A stretch of 61,800 bases of DNA, the filler included, from Chthonomonadaceae bacterium (GTDB lineage Bacteria; Armatimonadota; Chthonomonadetes; Chthonomonadales; Chthonomonadaceae), in assembly GCA_035650735.1 (NCBI GenBank). It is 3 parts of 3 records of this genome, joined end to end, with 100 filler letters (N's around TTAATTAATTAA, not from the genome) between each part and the next. Parts side by side here need not be neighbours in the genome. Positions count along the whole stretch, not along the records: positions 1 to 24,915 come from DASRGZ010000069.1; 2 more parts are not named here. One strand, 5' to 3'. The notes under the pieces were generated by a model. It was not told where the DNA came from, made no database searches, and saw nothing but the letters and a program-made list of their open reading frames with translations. Of the stretch, positions 8,714 through 20,737 are shown piece after piece. The translations under genes were made by a program, and so were the position numbers. The stretch's first letter is position 1. The number at the start of each line of letters is the position of its first letter.

Positions 8714-9859
8714 ATGACACGCTCGCTTTGCAAGCCCTACTGGCTCGTACTCTTTGCGCTGCTCTTCCTGCGTACAACCGCGCTCACCGCGCCCGTAGAC
8801 GTGGCCCAGCATGGCCGTCGGATGACGCTCGGCTCCGGCGACAACGCGCTGACCGTCCTCTACCTGCGCGGCACGCCCTATGAAATGGGCTACGCGCACG
8901 GCAAGCTCTGTGCCAAAGAGGTTCGCTACCTAGCGACGATGGTGGCTCCGTTGATGCTGGCCGGGCTGCATTGCTCCCCGGAGAAGGCCGATGCCACCTG
9001 GGCGCTCTATGAGAAGCACCTGCGCCCCGAATACCTGGAAGAGTTGCGCGGGCTGGCGGACGGCTCCGGGGTTAGCCTGAAGGAGATCGAGCGACTGCAC
9101 GCCATTCCCGATATTTCCGAGTGGCACTGCTCGTTCTTTGCCGCCATCGGCAAGGCGACCGCCTCCGGCGCGCTGATCCAGATCCGCGCCCTGGACTACA
9201 CCACCATCGCCGGCATCCAGCGCTATCCCGCGCTTCTTGTCTACCAGCCTGTGACGGGCGTGCCCTTCGTCAACGTCGGCTGGCTGGGCCACTGCGGCAT
9301 GGTGACCGGCATGAACAGCGAGGGCATTGCTATGTCCGAGATCGGCGACGATTGGGATAAGGCCACGGATAGCTTTGATGGCCGTCCTCTCACCTATGTC
9401 ATGCGGGATTCAGTCCAGTTTGGCCGGAACCTCGAAGAGGCCCTCAACCTGGTTAAGAACGGGCCGCGCACGACCTCGCTACTCTACTGCCTCTCGTCCG
9501 CCCGCGAAGGCCAGGTACGCGCCTTGCAGACCAGCCATACCCAATGCCGCATCTACACGCCCGCCACCCTGCCTTTTGCCCGTATGCCCGGCCTGGTCTA
9601 TATGTCTATGGGCATGGATAGCGCCTGGAACGGCAAATTAGGCAACGCCCTGCAGCAGGATTACGGGCGGATTACTCCGGAAACCGCCCAGCAGATGATG
9701 AAACAGCTTGGCACGGGCAGCCTGCACGCGGTAGTGCTCCAGCCGGCGACAGGCGATCTCTGGGTCGCCAACGCCACCCTGACGGAGAAAGCCTATAACC
9801 AGCCCTACCACCACTTTAACTTAAAGCAGGCGCTTGCCGATCCGTTCTTCCGGCATTAG
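8714..9859 (+). CDS. C45-family (Ntn-hydrolase) secreted peptidase/acyltransferase
   Basis: Signal peptide; GTPYEMGYAHG, EELRGLADG, nucleophile CS (WHCSFFA), RALDY, TGMNSEG. Confidence 0.8.
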   Translation: MTRSLCKPYWLVLFALLFLRTTALTAPVDVAQHGRRMTLGSGDNALTVLYLRGTPYEMGYAHGKLCAKEVRYLATMVAPLMLAGLHCSPEKADATWALYEKHLRPEYLEELRGLADGSGVSLKEIERLHAIPDISEWHCSFFAAIGKATASGALIQIRALDYTTIAGIQRYPALLVYQPVTGVPFVNVGWLGHCGMVTGMNSEGIAMSEIGDDWDKATDSFDGRPLTYVMRDSVQFGRNLEEALNLVKNGPRTTSLLYCLSSAREGQVRALQTSHTQCRIYTPATLPFARMPGLVYMSMGMDSAWNGKLGNALQQDYGRITPETAQQMMKQLGTGSLHAVVLQPATGDLWVANATLTEKAYNQPYHHFNLKQALADPFFRH

Positions 9860-10116
9860 CCCTCCCTCTCGGCCCCTTGTGTAGGGGATAGGGGGTAGGG
9901 TGTAGGGTGTAGGGCCGCCCTCATCCCCGGCCCTTCTCCCTTGCAGGGAGAGGGGAGAGCAGAAGCCGGATCACTCCCTTCCCTGGGAGGGTCGCTAGGT
10001 GTCGCAAGGCGGAGGCAGGGGCCGTAACTCTGCCGACCCTGGCAGTCCATTGCAGGCCCAACCCTGGCAGTGACGCGAACCGTTGAGCGCCGACCCTGGC
10101 AGTGGGGGACGGGGGG

Positions 10117-11244
10117 TTAGGTGTAACCCATAAGCGGGGAGCCGGTATAGGCGCGGACGATACGCGCGACTTCTGGATCCCAATGACGGCGGCGCTGCGG
10201 GTCGTCCGCGTCCCAGGTCACCCAGGCTCCCGGCGCGGGCTTTCCCCAATCGAAATCACCCAGAGTCAGGATCGGCACCCAGGTCACAGCTTCTATTCTA
10301 GCTCCCTGGCTATTCGCCAACTCCACCTGCTCGTCTATCAGTTGCAGCCATCCGGCGACCGTATAGCAATCGGAAAAGTGGCAGTTGCCGGTCTCCCCCA
10401 TGACGATGCGCTTGTCCGGAAACTGGCGGCGCGCTTCCAGCAGCAGACGGGACAGCGGCCAGCTGTGCTCTACGCCCCAGTTGTTGTAGAAGTTTAGGCC
10501 GATAACCTGTAATAAAGAGTCCTCTCCGCCCCAATCCTCTATACCCGTTTCCTGTGCCGCCGTCGGGTCCGGGTGGCCCAGCAGCGTAAAGAAGGGACGC
10601 GCCTGATCCCTGAGACTGACGTGCGGATGCCAGGCCCAGGGTTCCGAGAGCGCAATCTGCGCGGCGGGATCGGCTTCCTTGACGGCGCGCGCCATCCCGA
10701 CCAGCATCCGCCCGACGACGGCGTACAGCTTCCACCAGCCCGCCCCGCCCTTCTCTCGCGTGGCCGGCCACCAGCGCCCCCAATCTGTCATCATCGCCGT
10801 CCAGTAACCGCTCTCAACCACCGGAATATAAGCCGCAAAACAGCCGCGATACCGCTCCGCCACGCGGTAGGCAAACGCGGTCATCAGGTCTATGACGCGC
10901 CCGTTCCAGAGGTCCGCCTCCGTGATCCAGGGCAGCCATTCATAGTGGCAGAGCGAGAGTGTCACCTGTCCCTGGCTCATATTCGCCAGACGATCCAGGT
11001 AGCTCCAATCGAACTGTTCCGGGGCAGGATAGGAACGTGAAAGCCAGGCCCCATCCCGGAACTGCGTCAGCCCGAACTCCTCACGGAACAGGCGATAGTC
11101 GGCTTCCAACTGTGCGGCATGTCCGGTCAACTCAAGCTGATGGAAGTCCAGTTCCTGCTCCCAGCCGGGCGTTCCGCCGCGAATGTGGCCGGCATCGAAA
11201 GCCCCGGCCAGCGTCCATGTTCGCATACGCATTCCTTTTCGCAT
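10117..11244 (-). CDS. GH1-like (beta-glucosidase-like) TIM-barrel protein
   Basis: FDWSYLD, LCHY, VIGLNFY, MGETG motifs; paralogous to 11491..12777; start may be 11232 or 11226. Confidence 0.65.
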   Translation of the reverse strand: MRKGMRMRTWTLAGAFDAGHIRGGTPGWEQELDFHQLELTGHAAQLEADYRLFREEFGLTQFRDGAWLSRSYPAPEQFDWSYLDRLANMSQGQVTLSLCHYEWLPWITEADLWNGRVIDLMTAFAYRVAERYRGCFAAYIPVVESGYWTAMMTDWGRWWPATREKGGAGWWKLYAVVGRMLVGMARAVKEADPAAQIALSEPWAWHPHVSLRDQARPFFTLLGHPDPTAAQETGIEDWGGEDSLLQVIGLNFYNNWGVEHSWPLSRLLLEARRQFPDKRIVMGETGNCHFSDCYTVAGWLQLIDEQVELANSQGARIEAVTWVPILTLGDFDWGKPAPGAWVTWDADDPQRRRHWDPEVARIVRAYTGSPLMGYT

Positions 11245-11490
11245 TTTCTTTTCGGGCGGCTCAAGCCCTCACCCCCTTCCCCTCTTCCGGCGCTGCGGGA
11301 GCGGGGAGACCTCACTTTCAGGTGCTTCGGTTCTCTCTTATCTCCCCTCCTCCCCGGCCCTTCTCCCTGCCAGGGAGAAGGGAGAAGAGAAGCCGGGCCC
11401 CCCCTTCCCTAGCGAGGAACGAGCGGCCAGGGAAGGGGGCCGGGGGGTTAGGTAAAGAATTCATTCGCCCACAACTGGTACCGACGCCGC

Positions 11491-12777
11491 CTAAGTATCC
11501 GGGATTTTGCGCTTGCCGCCGCCGGATTGGCGCTCCCACTCCTGAGCCAGCCTGCGTACCTCGGAGAGCTGCACGCGCCCTGCTCCGCCATGCAGATCGT
11601 CTGGCTCTATGTTATGAGGCCGGTCGAGTATCTCTTGCCAGCGCCGTAATTCGTCAATATAGGGCTGGCACGGCGCACGATGGCATGCTTCTGTATCCTG
11701 AACTTCAAATAGCCCGATCCTGGCCCATTTTCCAGACTGCCAGTCCGGCATATCCACACAGGGATAGAGACAGATGCCCTGAAGGTCTATGCCGTCGTTG
11801 AGGGCGATCAGGGATTCCTGCATCACCATATCCAGCCATTCGGCGCGTTTGTCCTGAGCGCCGCTGGTTTCACCAATGATAATGGGCCGATGGTAGCGGT
11901 CCCAGGCATATTTCAGCATCTCGCTCAGCGGCTTACGACGCGGATCGCGCGGCCCCAGCACCGTCCGGCTGCCGTCCGCGTTGATCTGGGCCTGGCAATA
12001 GCTATAGACATTCACGCCAACGATGTCCAGGATTTCCGGCGCGCCGCCCAATTCGGGATGTAGTTTTCCAAAGAGCATATCCCAGGCTTCATAGGCCTTC
12101 TCATAGGTATCTTCCCAGGCCTCCTCAGAAAGATCGGGATGGTCCGGCGGAGGAACCTCATAGATGATAGGATCTACATGGACCATGCGCGCTTCTGGAT
12201 CTACCTCGCGGATCGCCTTGACGCCCTCAATCGCCAGGCGGCACAGGGCAAGCTTGAATTCCGCATAGCGGCCCTTCGCAAACGGATACATCCAGCCCAT
12301 ATCCGTTCCCGCGCCCGAAAAGAAGGTGATCTCGTTGACGGGTGTAAAGAAGCGCGTCTTGTGGCGCTGGCGGACAATGAGTTCGGCGGCGGCGCGGCAG
12401 TAATCCGTGAAGCGGCGCAGGCAGGTGTCGGAGAACGGATCGCAGCCATCCGGAAAGCCGTAGTGGCATAGATCCCAGATGACCGTAATGTGGCAGGCGT
12501 TGGCGGCATCTATTACCGGCTGCACGGTGCTCCAATCGTATTTGCCATGGCCCCTATCCACCAGCGGCCAGCGAACGCCCTCCCGCACAACGCCGATGCC
12601 CAGATCCATTACCTGTTCGTAGTCATTTCGTAGGTGGCGGTCATGCCCGGTGAGCGCGACGTAATCCTTGCGCTCGCCATCCTTCCAGAGGAAGGTGGAG
12701 CACTCGAACCCCGCCATAAAGAAGGTTGGGAAGATGCCTTCCTCCGGGCGCACATCTTGCGGTTGATTGCCCGACAT
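11491..12777 (-). CDS. GH1-like beta-glucosidase
   Basis: FMAGFECST, REGVRWP, WDLCHYG, TPVNEI, DIVGVNVY, IIGETS, GICLYP. Confidence 0.8.
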   Translation of the reverse strand: MSGNQPQDVRPEEGIFPTFFMAGFECSTFLWKDGERKDYVALTGHDRHLRNDYEQVMDLGIGVVREGVRWPLVDRGHGKYDWSTVQPVIDAANACHITVIWDLCHYGFPDGCDPFSDTCLRRFTDYCRAAAELIVRQRHKTRFFTPVNEITFFSGAGTDMGWMYPFAKGRYAEFKLALCRLAIEGVKAIREVDPEARMVHVDPIIYEVPPPDHPDLSEEAWEDTYEKAYEAWDMLFGKLHPELGGAPEILDIVGVNVYSYCQAQINADGSRTVLGPRDPRRKPLSEMLKYAWDRYHRPIIIGETSGAQDKRAEWLDMVMQESLIALNDGIDLQGICLYPCVDMPDWQSGKWARIGLFEVQDTEACHRAPCQPYIDELRRWQEILDRPHNIEPDDLHGGAGRVQLSEVRRLAQEWERQSGGGKRKIPDT

Positions 12778-13199
12778 TGTTTCATCCTTTCCGTGTAGGC
12801 GCCTCCTGGCTTTCCAGGCAGATCAGAAAGGATGCGATACCGTTGGCGAATTCAGAACCGGCTAGAATTGGACCTGACGCTTCCCCTCGGATCGAACAGC
12901 CGAATCTCACGTTGAGACGGCAATTACGAATTCGCCAACGGTATCGGATGCTATCCTGTCCGCCTGATTGGCTTCCAGGAGTAGATGCCTATCCTACTAA
13001 AGTTGCTTGCCATCCTGGTCATCGCGTGCGACGTCAGAGGGAGCTTACAGGTTCCGCGTTTTGCCTTCCGAGCCAGGAGCTAGAAGTCTGCGCTGTCCAT
13101 GCTTGCCGATGGAGATAAAGGCGTGCGCCGGAGGAAGTTTCTCACCTATCGCGTGCCTGCCCACGAAGAGCAACGTTATATGCTGACTCGCTTTGTTGG

Positions 13200-13228
13200 T
13201 TGACGAAACACCTGCGATATGTCATAAT
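13200..13228 (+). promoter_or_regulatory. Probable sigma70 promoter for the radical SAM gene
   Basis: TTGACG-17 nt-CATAAT. Confidence 0.5.
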
Positions 13229-13395
13229 GTCTCACTTTGGAATCCGCGCTCTACAAGGGAATAGCATGTTGATGTGCGATGTCCTGCCGGGCTTCTCCCT
13301 GCCGATCCGTTCGCTATTCCAGGAGTAGTTTGATAACAACCGTTGGCGATATTCTTGACGCCACTCCGTAAGCACTAGAGGAGGTTGGCAGAGCG

Positions 13396-15393
<1,998 letters not shown>

Positions 15394-15563
15394 CCCACCC
15401 AGGCCAGAAAAACCGGGAACCAAAATTGCCATTGTTTCGTTTCTCTCCTGGACTTGAGGACAGAGGTAACATCAAACTGTGGTTTGAGAGTGAGCCTTCC
15501 AGAGAATCACCGTTTCGGGTGCTACCGAGGACACAAGCCTTTCGGTCCATAAGGAGAAGAGCC

Positions 15564-15911
15564 ATGTTCCGAGGTGTCTATACCGCACCGCCAACCGAGA
15601 AAGAGGGCATCCAGATGATCTATATGCCCGATAGGCAGCTCATCCGTATGGATGGCTGGTACAACGGGCGTCAGGGCACACTCCAGCCTATTGAGCTTCC
15701 CCTGGGCGACTTGCTGCGCGGATTGGGCATTACCCTGGAGGACTGCCGCCAGGCCTTGGCGAGCACGCAGTCCGCAACAGCGCAAACCGCCACAGAAAAT
15801 CTCCCTCAGCCATCTGTTATGGCGACGCCCGCTGCTAGCCCACAGCCCGTAGTGACTGCGGCGCCTGCTGCCAGTCCACAGCCGCCAGTGACGGCAGCCA
15901 CTCAAAAGTAA
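15564..15911 (+). CDS. Hypothetical protein with PAASPQP repeat tail
   Basis: AAGGAG RBS, ATG 15564; tandem TPAASPQP/APAASPQP at the C-terminus. Confidence 0.6.
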   Translation: MFRGVYTAPPTEKEGIQMIYMPDRQLIRMDGWYNGRQGTLQPIELPLGDLLRGLGITLEDCRQALASTQSATAQTATENLPQPSVMATPAASPQPVVTAAPAASPQPPVTAATQK

Positions 15912-16074
15912 GCCTTTTGAGCCAGCACGGTATAGCGACTTTCGGAGGGAAGGCAAAGGAACGCACCTGACCTTCCCTCCAGGCCTTCCCTCAGTTCGTG
16001 TTCATGGGTGCGTTGCAGACACATTCCGGTAGGGTACGGACCGGGGTTGTTACGTCTTCCCAGGAGAAAAACGA

Positions 16075-16818
16075 ATGGCACAAACACTCTATGCATCCTT
16101 TGCAGATGCTTCGCTAGCGGAGAAAGCCGCAGGCGCTCTTCTGGACTATGGAGTCCGGGCAGAAGATCTGAGCCTAGTCACCAGAGGTACCACAACCGAC
16201 GCCGGAGACCGCGTTGTAGAAGGTACGGCTGCCGCCGGAAACCGGGTTGCCGAGGCCGCAGATCGCACCGCTGCCGGGGTTGCCGGCGCTGTCGGCGCCC
16301 AGGGCGCTGCCGCTAACTATCAGGCGGCGGCGGATCAGCGCGCGGCGACGGCCACCAGCGAAGCCGCTGCCAGCACCACCACAGGGCATACACGGGGCAC
16401 GGATGACAGTACGGAGTTGGCCGCCAAGAGCGGCTTGAGCACCACGACCCCCGCCGATGCCGGGGCTGGGGCCGCCAAAGGCGCTGGAATCGGTCTGGTA
16501 GTCGGGGCGCTAGGGGCGCTGGCCTCGATGTTCATTCCGGGCATAGGCCTTGTTGTTGGCGGCGGAGCCCTGGCGACGGCGATTGGAGCCGCCGCAGGGG
16601 CAACCGCTGCCGGCGCGGTAGCCGGTGGGGCCTATGGTTACCTGAAAGACCAGGGAATGCCGGAGGCCGCGGCGAGAAGTTACTCCCAAAACCTGGAGCA
16701 GGGAGGCGCGATCATAGCCGTGCAGGTACCTTCCGGCAACGTTGACCAAGCGACCATTGAGAGCGTCCTGTCCAAGTATGGGGCAACGAATATCAACACG
16801 TATGCGGCGGCAGCCTAA
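16075..16818 (+). CDS. Ala/Gly-rich general-stress-protein-like membrane protein
   Basis: AGGAG RBS; GAAKGAGIG...IPGIGLVVGGGALA glycine zipper; Y...LEQGG.IIAV tail. Confidence 0.7.
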   Translation: MAQTLYASFADASLAEKAAGALLDYGVRAEDLSLVTRGTTTDAGDRVVEGTAAAGNRVAEAADRTAAGVAGAVGAQGAAANYQAAADQRAATATSEAAASTTTGHTRGTDDSTELAAKSGLSTTTPADAGAGAAKGAGIGLVVGALGALASMFIPGIGLVVGGGALATAIGAAAGATAAGAVAGGAYGYLKDQGMPEAAARSYSQNLEQGGAIIAVQVPSGNVDQATIESVLSKYGATNINTYAAAA

Positions 16819-16895
16819 GTGGATGGCTACCGCCTGTAGTCGAGGAGCATAAAAGCCCCAGATCCTCTGTTGGGCTTTGTTCCTCTGTTCTTACC

Positions 16896-16937
16896 GGGTA
16901 CAGGGCACAGGTTCTCTTGGCCCTGTACCCTCTTTTT
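16896..16937 (+). terminator. Probable rho-independent terminator
   Basis: GGGTACAGGGC...GCCCTGTACCC followed by TCTTTTT. Confidence 0.55.
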
Positions 16938-17114
16938 GTGTGGCCGCTCTCGTGGCCACAGGCGCGGTTCTCGCACTGCCGAGCCCGGCATAACCCCTGC
17001 TTATCCCTCCTCTTCTCTCGCGCTCGAAAAAGGGAGGATTTAGCCTGCACTATCCCGAATTTCCTTGCAGGAAGGCTCTGGCCCCCTCATGCCACGATCA
17101 GGGTCCTTCCGTTT

Positions 17115-17680
17115 CCCGGCACTCGACGCCGGGCATGGAAAATACCCGGCTCTGGGGCCTGCGGCCAAGCGACTGCAAGGGACGCCGCTCAACGGTTCGC
17201 GGCTCGGCCTTGCGACTGGCGGACGCCCTGCCAAGCCAGGTGTTCCGTCCGAAGGACGGTCGGCGGCGCAGCCGCCCTCTAGACGGGGGTTTTCAACCCC
17301 CGGCTCCAGGGCCTACGGCCAAGCGACTGCAAGGGACGCCGCTCAACGGTTCGCGGCTCGGCCTTGCGACTGGCGGACGCCTCCGTAGCGGCAGGTTCTT
17401 CCCGTTCTACGCAGGCAGAAACCTGCCAGTAGGCCCGTTTTCCGTCCGGGAGGACGGTCGGCGGCGTAGCCGCCCCGGCACGCCGGGGGTTGAAAACCCC
17501 CGTCTGGGGGGCCTTCGGCCAAGCGTCCTGGCGGACGCCCAGCAAAGCCAGGTGTTCCGTCCGAAGGACGGTCGGCGGCGCAGCCGCCCTCTAGACGGGT
17601 ATTTTCAATGCCCGGCACGGATCGGGATTTTCAACCCCCGTCTGGGGGGCCTACGGCCAAGCGTCCTGGCGGACGCCAAA
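17115..17680. repeat. BIME-like cluster of alternating REP units
   Basis: GGGGTTGAAAACCCC/GGGGTTTTCAACCCC cores; ~70-nt duplication 17155-17227/17309-17381; ~55-nt duplication 17233-17287/17545-17599; duplication 17502-17539/17640-17677. Confidence 0.85.
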
Positions 17681-17954
17681 AACGCAAAAGCACCGAGAAT
17701 GGAAGGACCCTGATGCCACGATATTGTTGGCAGGGATTCCCGACCCCCTAGCAAAATTAGAGCCACACCCCCCCACAGTACTATCCAGAAAGGAGGAAAA
17801 GCCCTATAGCGCTTGTTCCATTCCATGGCTTGCCAGTCTTTACGCTGGGCCTCCGGCAAGGAAGAATGCACTAGGCCGGCAGCGTCCTCGGTTCGCACTT
17901 TGCTCTTGATTGTACGTTTCCGCCCTTTGGGGCGGATCAGGGAGGGTATATCTC

Positions 17955-19046
17955 ATGCGAACGTCTACCGGTCGGGCAGGCGCCCGTCCTCACGCCTTTA
18001 CGCTGGTGGAGCTCCTTATTATCCTGACGGTTCTGACCATCCTGGCTTCCCTTCTCTTTCCCGTCTTTGCTGAGGCCCGCCAGGAGCGCCGTGCCTCCTG
18101 CCTCTCCAACCGCCAGCAGTTCGCCCGCGCCTTCGACCTCTACGCCCAGGACTACGACCAGACCAGCGTCCCGTTTGCCTGGCAGCAGGGCCACTGGCCG
18201 TATCTTCCAGCCAGTGGCCCCGCCACCTGCCCCAACCTGGTCATGGCCGGCCCGCCCAGCTTCATTCATATCCGGGGCTATGCCCACGGAGGCCAAGCGC
18301 GCCCGAAGAACTCGCCCGATATGACCTGGCATGGTGGGCAGATTATGGTGTCGGCGACCACGGAAGCCATCTACTGGGGAACGAGCTGGGGCAACACCAG
18401 TTTTGTGGGCGATAAGATCAGCGGGCTCAAAGCGTGGTACATGGGCTTTGGCGGTAGCAATTACGCTAAGACCTCTACCGAGTACACCGGCACGAACGGC
18501 CAGGTAACGGGCAACACCACTTTTTCCGGCGACGTAATTGATACCTCACCTGCTCCCAGCAACGCTCCTTCCACCTCCACCATCCTCTCCGAGGTCTGTA
18601 AGGTCATCACGAACCCTGTTTCCAACGGCTACTACGCCGTCTATGTTGATACCCGCCGGGGCGGAGCCAACTACTGCGCCTGGCATAGCTACGGCTCTTG
18701 CAACGGTGTCCCGGTGCAGATTGCCTTCTTCTTTAATCTGGACGGCGATCCGGGCTGTGACCCTCAGGATACGCAGACCGGGCATTCGCAGGGGTTGGCG
18801 GCGCTGGCCAACGTGAGCGGCCACGAGCTCTCGGAGGCGCTCACCGACCCACGCGATGGCGGCTGGTATGATAGACAGGGCGCAGAGAACGGCGACAAAT
18901 GCGCCTGGACGTTCAACGTGCCCTATGTGACGTTCACGAACGGCACAAAGTGGAAGATCCAGGGCGAGTGGTCCAACCATGCCTACGACACCGGCACCGG
19001 CTATCCTAATCTCAATGGCCAGAAAGGCTGCCTGGACGGCCACTAA
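17955..19046 (+). CDS. Prepilin-type N-terminal (DUF1559-like) protein fused to a Phi-1/EXORDIUM-like domain
   Basis: GGAGG RBS; HAFTLVELLIIL...LFPVFAEAR..R.SCLSN..Q...YAQDYD, then MTWHGG, YCAWHS, GHELSEALTDP, GWYD..G.ENGDKCAW. Confidence 0.7.
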   Translation: MRTSTGRAGARPHAFTLVELLIILTVLTILASLLFPVFAEARQERRASCLSNRQQFARAFDLYAQDYDQTSVPFAWQQGHWPYLPASGPATCPNLVMAGPPSFIHIRGYAHGGQARPKNSPDMTWHGGQIMVSATTEAIYWGTSWGNTSFVGDKISGLKAWYMGFGGSNYAKTSTEYTGTNGQVTGNTTFSGDVIDTSPAPSNAPSTSTILSEVCKVITNPVSNGYYAVYVDTRRGGANYCAWHSYGSCNGVPVQIAFFFNLDGDPGCDPQDTQTGHSQGLAALANVSGHELSEALTDPRDGGWYDRQGAENGDKCAWTFNVPYVTFTNGTKWKIQGEWSNHAYDTGTGYPNLNGQKGCLDGH

Positions 19047-19286
19047 AGTTCGAGAAGTAGACTTGCCGTTTCGCCCTCAAATGCGGTAAAATACAGGCGG
19101 ATAGAATGGCAGGGGCTCGCAAGCCAGGACTCTTCCCGGCGGCGCAAGCCTTCCTGCGGACGCTTTTCTCACCGGGAGCGCGGTTTATACCGCCTGTTCA
19201 CATCACCGTGCGCCTCAGCGCAGGCCGGAGGGCCTGCGTCAGGCGCTCGTAGACCTCAATCTGAGGTAAGGAGACTTCCAAATCTT

Positions 19287-19613
19287 ATGAAGAAGCTGAT
19301 TGCACTCTTCGCTGCCGTTTCCATCCTCGGCAGCGCCGCGGCGCTGGCGGCGCCACCGGCCAAGGGCAAGAAGCCCGCCAAGCCTGCCAAGAAGATCACC
19401 AAGACCGCCAAGATCACCGACGTCTGGGTCTGCCCGATGACCGGCGAGGCGGTCACGGATCACTCCGGCAAGGGCGTCCTCGTGGGCGACAAGCGCGTTC
19501 ATTTCTGCTGCCCGAGCTGCGAGCCGAGCTTTAACAAGCTCACCGCGAAAGAGAAGAAGGCAAAGGTGGCCGAGGCGGCTAAGAAAGAGGCCGCTATGAA
19601 GAAAAAGGGCTAA
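19287..19613 (+). CDS. Secreted YHS/TRASH-like metal-binding protein
   Basis: AAGGAG RBS; signal peptide; CPMTGE...HFCCPSC. Confidence 0.7.
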   Translation: MKKLIALFAAVSILGSAAALAAPPAKGKKPAKPAKKITKTAKITDVWVCPMTGEAVTDHSGKGVLVGDKRVHFCCPSCEPSFNKLTAKEKKAKVAEAAKKEAAMKKKG

Positions 19614-19708
19614 TTACGGCCCGGGATAGAAGGAGGCTTGCGCAGCCGGAGAGGCAAGATGGTCCCGGCTGCGCCGCCCGCTGCTGCTTTAAGTTTTTGC
19701 GCCTCTCC

Positions 19709-20428
19709 ATGCCGAAATACCTCTTGACGTTCGAAAAGGGCGAGTCGGTGCGTTGGCTCGGCCATCTCGATATACTCCGCACGTTTGAGCGCGCCATTCG
19801 CCGCGCAGGACTGCCCATCGCCTTCTCTGCCGGCTTCAACCCACGCGAGCGGCTTGCCTTCGCTTCCGCCCTCAGCGTCGGGATTACTGGCGGGGCCGAG
19901 CGCGCTACCCTGGAACTGGCCGCTCCCCTGCCGCCCGCCGAGGTCATCGCGCAATTGAACGAGGCCCTGCCCCCCGGGATCCGTCTCACAGACTGCCAGG
20001 AGATCGCTGACGCCGGCTCGCGCGGCCTGTTGAACGCTCTGGATCGCGCGGAGTACACGGTGGTTTGCGCCTGCCCGCCCGGCACGCGCTATGAGGCGGC
20101 AGAGGAGGCCGTCCAGGCCCTGTCGGCGCAGCCGCAGATTATTATCCAGCGGGAGCGGGAAGGGCGCACCAGACCGGTGGATATCCGACCGCTGCTCTAT
20201 CACCTGGCGCTGCGCCCGGAGAGCCGGGAGACGCTGGCCCATGATCGCTTGACGGTCGAGATGATTTTGGCGTTAGGCGAGGGCGGCACCGCCCGGCCTT
20301 CCGAGGTCATCACCGCCCTGGCCGAGCAGTTGCCGGGCTTGACCCTGCGGCGCGCGCACCGTGTCCGCCTGCTCACGGCGCAGGAGTTGGCGGCCCAAAG
20401 TGGATCTATAGATAGTGTAAGCCCCTGA
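19709..20428 (+). CDS. TIGR03936-family radical SAM-linked protein (DUF2344)
   Basis: GHLDILRTFERAIRRAGLPIAFSAGFNPR, LNEALPPGI, DIRP. Confidence 0.9.
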   Translation: MPKYLLTFEKGESVRWLGHLDILRTFERAIRRAGLPIAFSAGFNPRERLAFASALSVGITGGAERATLELAAPLPPAEVIAQLNEALPPGIRLTDCQEIADAGSRGLLNALDRAEYTVVCACPPGTRYEAAEEAVQALSAQPQIIIQREREGRTRPVDIRPLLYHLALRPESRETLAHDRLTVEMILALGEGGTARPSEVITALAEQLPGLTLRRAHRVRLLTAQELAAQSGSIDSVSP

Positions 20429-20533
20429 CAAAACCCGTATAGTCCTTTCTTTTGCGAGGAATAAGGAAGGTTGTGCCAGGAGTTCTCATAAAGCCGCCCG
20501 TTAAACGTGGAATAAATGCGAGGTAGGCATGTA

Positions 20534-20656
20534 GTATAAATTAACTCAAGTTGCTACCTTGCCTCTTCGAGAAGGCAAACGGTGATGCAAAAGCCGGTTT
20601 CCAGAGCGATTCTCTCTCAAACGTGTTCCTAGGTAGCAACTTGGGTTAAATTATAC
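20534..20656. mobile_element. 123-bp MITE-like element with 26-bp terminal inverted repeats
   Basis: GTATAAATTAACTCAAGTTGCTACCT (20534-20559) vs reverse complement of 20631-20656, 24/26 identical. Confidence 0.6.
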
Positions 20657-20737
20657 GGCTTTTAACCGATTTGTCTATAAGGATGTCCGCGCAGAGCGGC
20701 ATCCCTACCTTGACAATTGAAGAAAGGAGGTGAGTTG

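Noticed and set aside
13230..13395. Cobalamin riboswitch before the B12-binding radical SAM gene
   Set aside because: A GGAATAGC/GCTATTCC stem exists, but I see no B12-box or other conserved core.
17115..17713. ORFs or a CRISPR array in the 17.1-17.7 kb repeats
   Set aside because: Units alternate in orientation and have no unique regular spacers; the ORFs are translations of repeats.
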